A stretch of DNA of 64,000 nucleotides. Origin: Octopus sinensis (taxonomy: Eukaryota). Under the pieces are notes generated by a model that saw nothing but the letters and a program-made list of their open reading frames with translations, searched no databases and had not been told where the DNA came from. Made by a program: the position numbers and the translations under genes. Location: positions 133,424,001 through 133,488,000 of the forward strand of contig NC_043001.1 of the NCBI RefSeq assembly GCF_006345805.1, read 5' to 3'. Positions 62,320-64,000 of this stretch are shown here, piece after piece. Numbering within the stretch: position 1 is the stretch's first letter; every line of letters starts with the position of its first letter.

Positions 62320-62532
62320 TTACAGTTCTATATTTAAAAGATGAGGAATTAGGTACATTATTTACATTTGACGGATATTTGTCCTCATCTTGTTTGTTGT
62401 TAATACAACGTTTCGGCTGATATACCCTCCAGCCTTCATCAGGTGTCTTGGGGAAATCTCGAACCTGGGTTCTTATTCCTAAGGTATTTTTCGATGTTGT
62501 TGTTGTTGTTGTTATAATAATTATTATTATTA

Positions 62533-62576
<44 letters not shown>

Positions 62577-62773
62577 ACAACAACAACAACAACAACATCG
62601 AAAAATACCTTAGGAATGAGACCCCAGATTCGAAATTTCCCCAAGACACCTGATGAAGGCTGGGGGGGTTTATCAGCCGAAATGTTGTGTTAACAATAAA
62701 CAAGATGAGGATAAATATCCGTCAAACGTAAATAATCTACATAATTCCTCATCTCTTATATATAGAACTGTAA
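62320..62773. mobile_element. Inverted pair of roughly 195-bp Penelope-type termini, each with a hammerhead motif, around an (ATT)n core
   Basis: Hammerhead on minus at 62402-62447 and on plus at 62645-62691: GACAC-CUGAUGA-A-GGCUG..CAGCC-GAAA(C/U)-GUU-GU(A/G)UU. Confidence 0.75.
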
Positions 62774-62800
62774 TTACATACATACATGCATATATATGTA

Positions 62801-62840
<40 letters not shown>

Positions 62841-62978
62841 CACTGGCGTCATGCAGGCAAGGCGTGGATTCGATCCTCGATTTCACGTAATAGTTCAACA
62901 GCACTTTTCTCACGGTAAAACAATATGAAGAAGAAGACGAACAACAACAACAACGAAAAATACCGTTAAATGTAAATA

Positions 62979-63026
<48 letters not shown>

Positions 63027-63379
63027 TATATATTATATATATATTGTTGTTGGCATCCTTTTTGTCTCGGGAGACAATAGAGTTGAGCATAAAGTAGTCT
63101 AGTCCGCTTTTACATTTCATGTCCTGATACATTTCCTGCTGTGGCTGTGTAGTCCTATCCTGGACAAACACTCCCTCTGGCAGGTACCGCAAATGTAGCG
63201 AAGGCTGTTCCTGATATATATATATATATATACTATAAGGTGAGCAGAAATGTACAAAAACGCAATAGAGAACAATAAAACATCTGGACAGATAGACGAT
63301 ACAAAGGCGGACAGAAAAAAAGAACAATTAGAGGGACAGAGAAAAAGGAAGGGTCATTCGTGGCCTTCTTTCGTCAGTT

Positions 63380-63437
63380 AAGTTACCAGAGGTCCTTACA
63401 GTTTCGGACCCGAAACTATAAGGACATCTGGTAACTT
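63380..63437. repeat. Hairpin with 27-bp arms (2 mismatches) and a 4-nt loop
   Basis: aagttaccagaggtccttacagtttcg / cgaaactataaggacatctggtaactt. Confidence 0.85.
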
Positions 63438-64000
63438 GTCCCAATTGTAACTGTCGCATTGCAACCTCTTTCTTCCCCTACCTAACTGTCGTTCTCCCTC
63501 TTCTTGTTACCTGCCCTCTCTTAACCCTTACCTCTCTCTCTATCTTTCTTCCTGCCGCTCGTCTAACGTCTATTTTTGGCTCTTACAGTTATTGATAAGC
63601 TAATTCTGTCATACCTTTTCCTCGCTTTTCCCTTTCTCATGTCGATCATTTCGCACGCTCTTATTCGTACCCCAGCGTAAATCTCACGCACAAACACACA
63701 CACATACACACATACACACACACACCTACGCACACACATACGCACACACACATACACACACAGACAGACACAAACACACACATACATACAAAGAAATTTC
63801 ACTACCAGTGACCTAGCACGTATAAAAAGTCAATAGAAAACATTCTCAATATAAAGTATTTTTTATTGCGTATATATATATATATATATTATATATATAT
63901 AATATATATATATATATATGTATATATAATATATATATATGTATATATATATGTATATTATATATGTATATATATATATGTATATATATATATGTATATA

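Overview
Eukaryotic, AT-rich, repeat-saturated window. It is most likely from an octopod cephalopod; this is inferred from recollection of the SINE families, not from a database search. The only host gene I can support is a minus-strand GH18 chitinase-like gene. Seven exons (57573 down to 34947) splice in frame with canonical GT-AG sites into a complete TIM-barrel domain, apart from one 1-bp frameshift in the last visible exon. Its catalytic DxxDxDxE motif reads DGLDICWI, so it is predicted to be a non-catalytic chi-lectin. The first exon and any 3' exons were not located. The rest is mobile DNA: three main tRNA-derived SINE families plus a variant (16 young copies of one family); a near full-length R4/Dong-clade RLE LINE and remnants of two other R4-like families, all sitting in (TAA)n microsatellites; Tx1/L1 and CR1-like LINE relics; Helitron relics and non-autonomous Helitrons; Tc1/mariner relics; hAT MITEs; and short Penelope-type termini carrying minimal hammerhead-ribozyme motifs, often as fold-back palindromes. 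Most ORFs in the supplied track are microsatellite or SINE artefacts. The frameshifts in the Dong ORF and in the chitinase-like exon are all single-base losses in homopolymers, which suggests assembly error.
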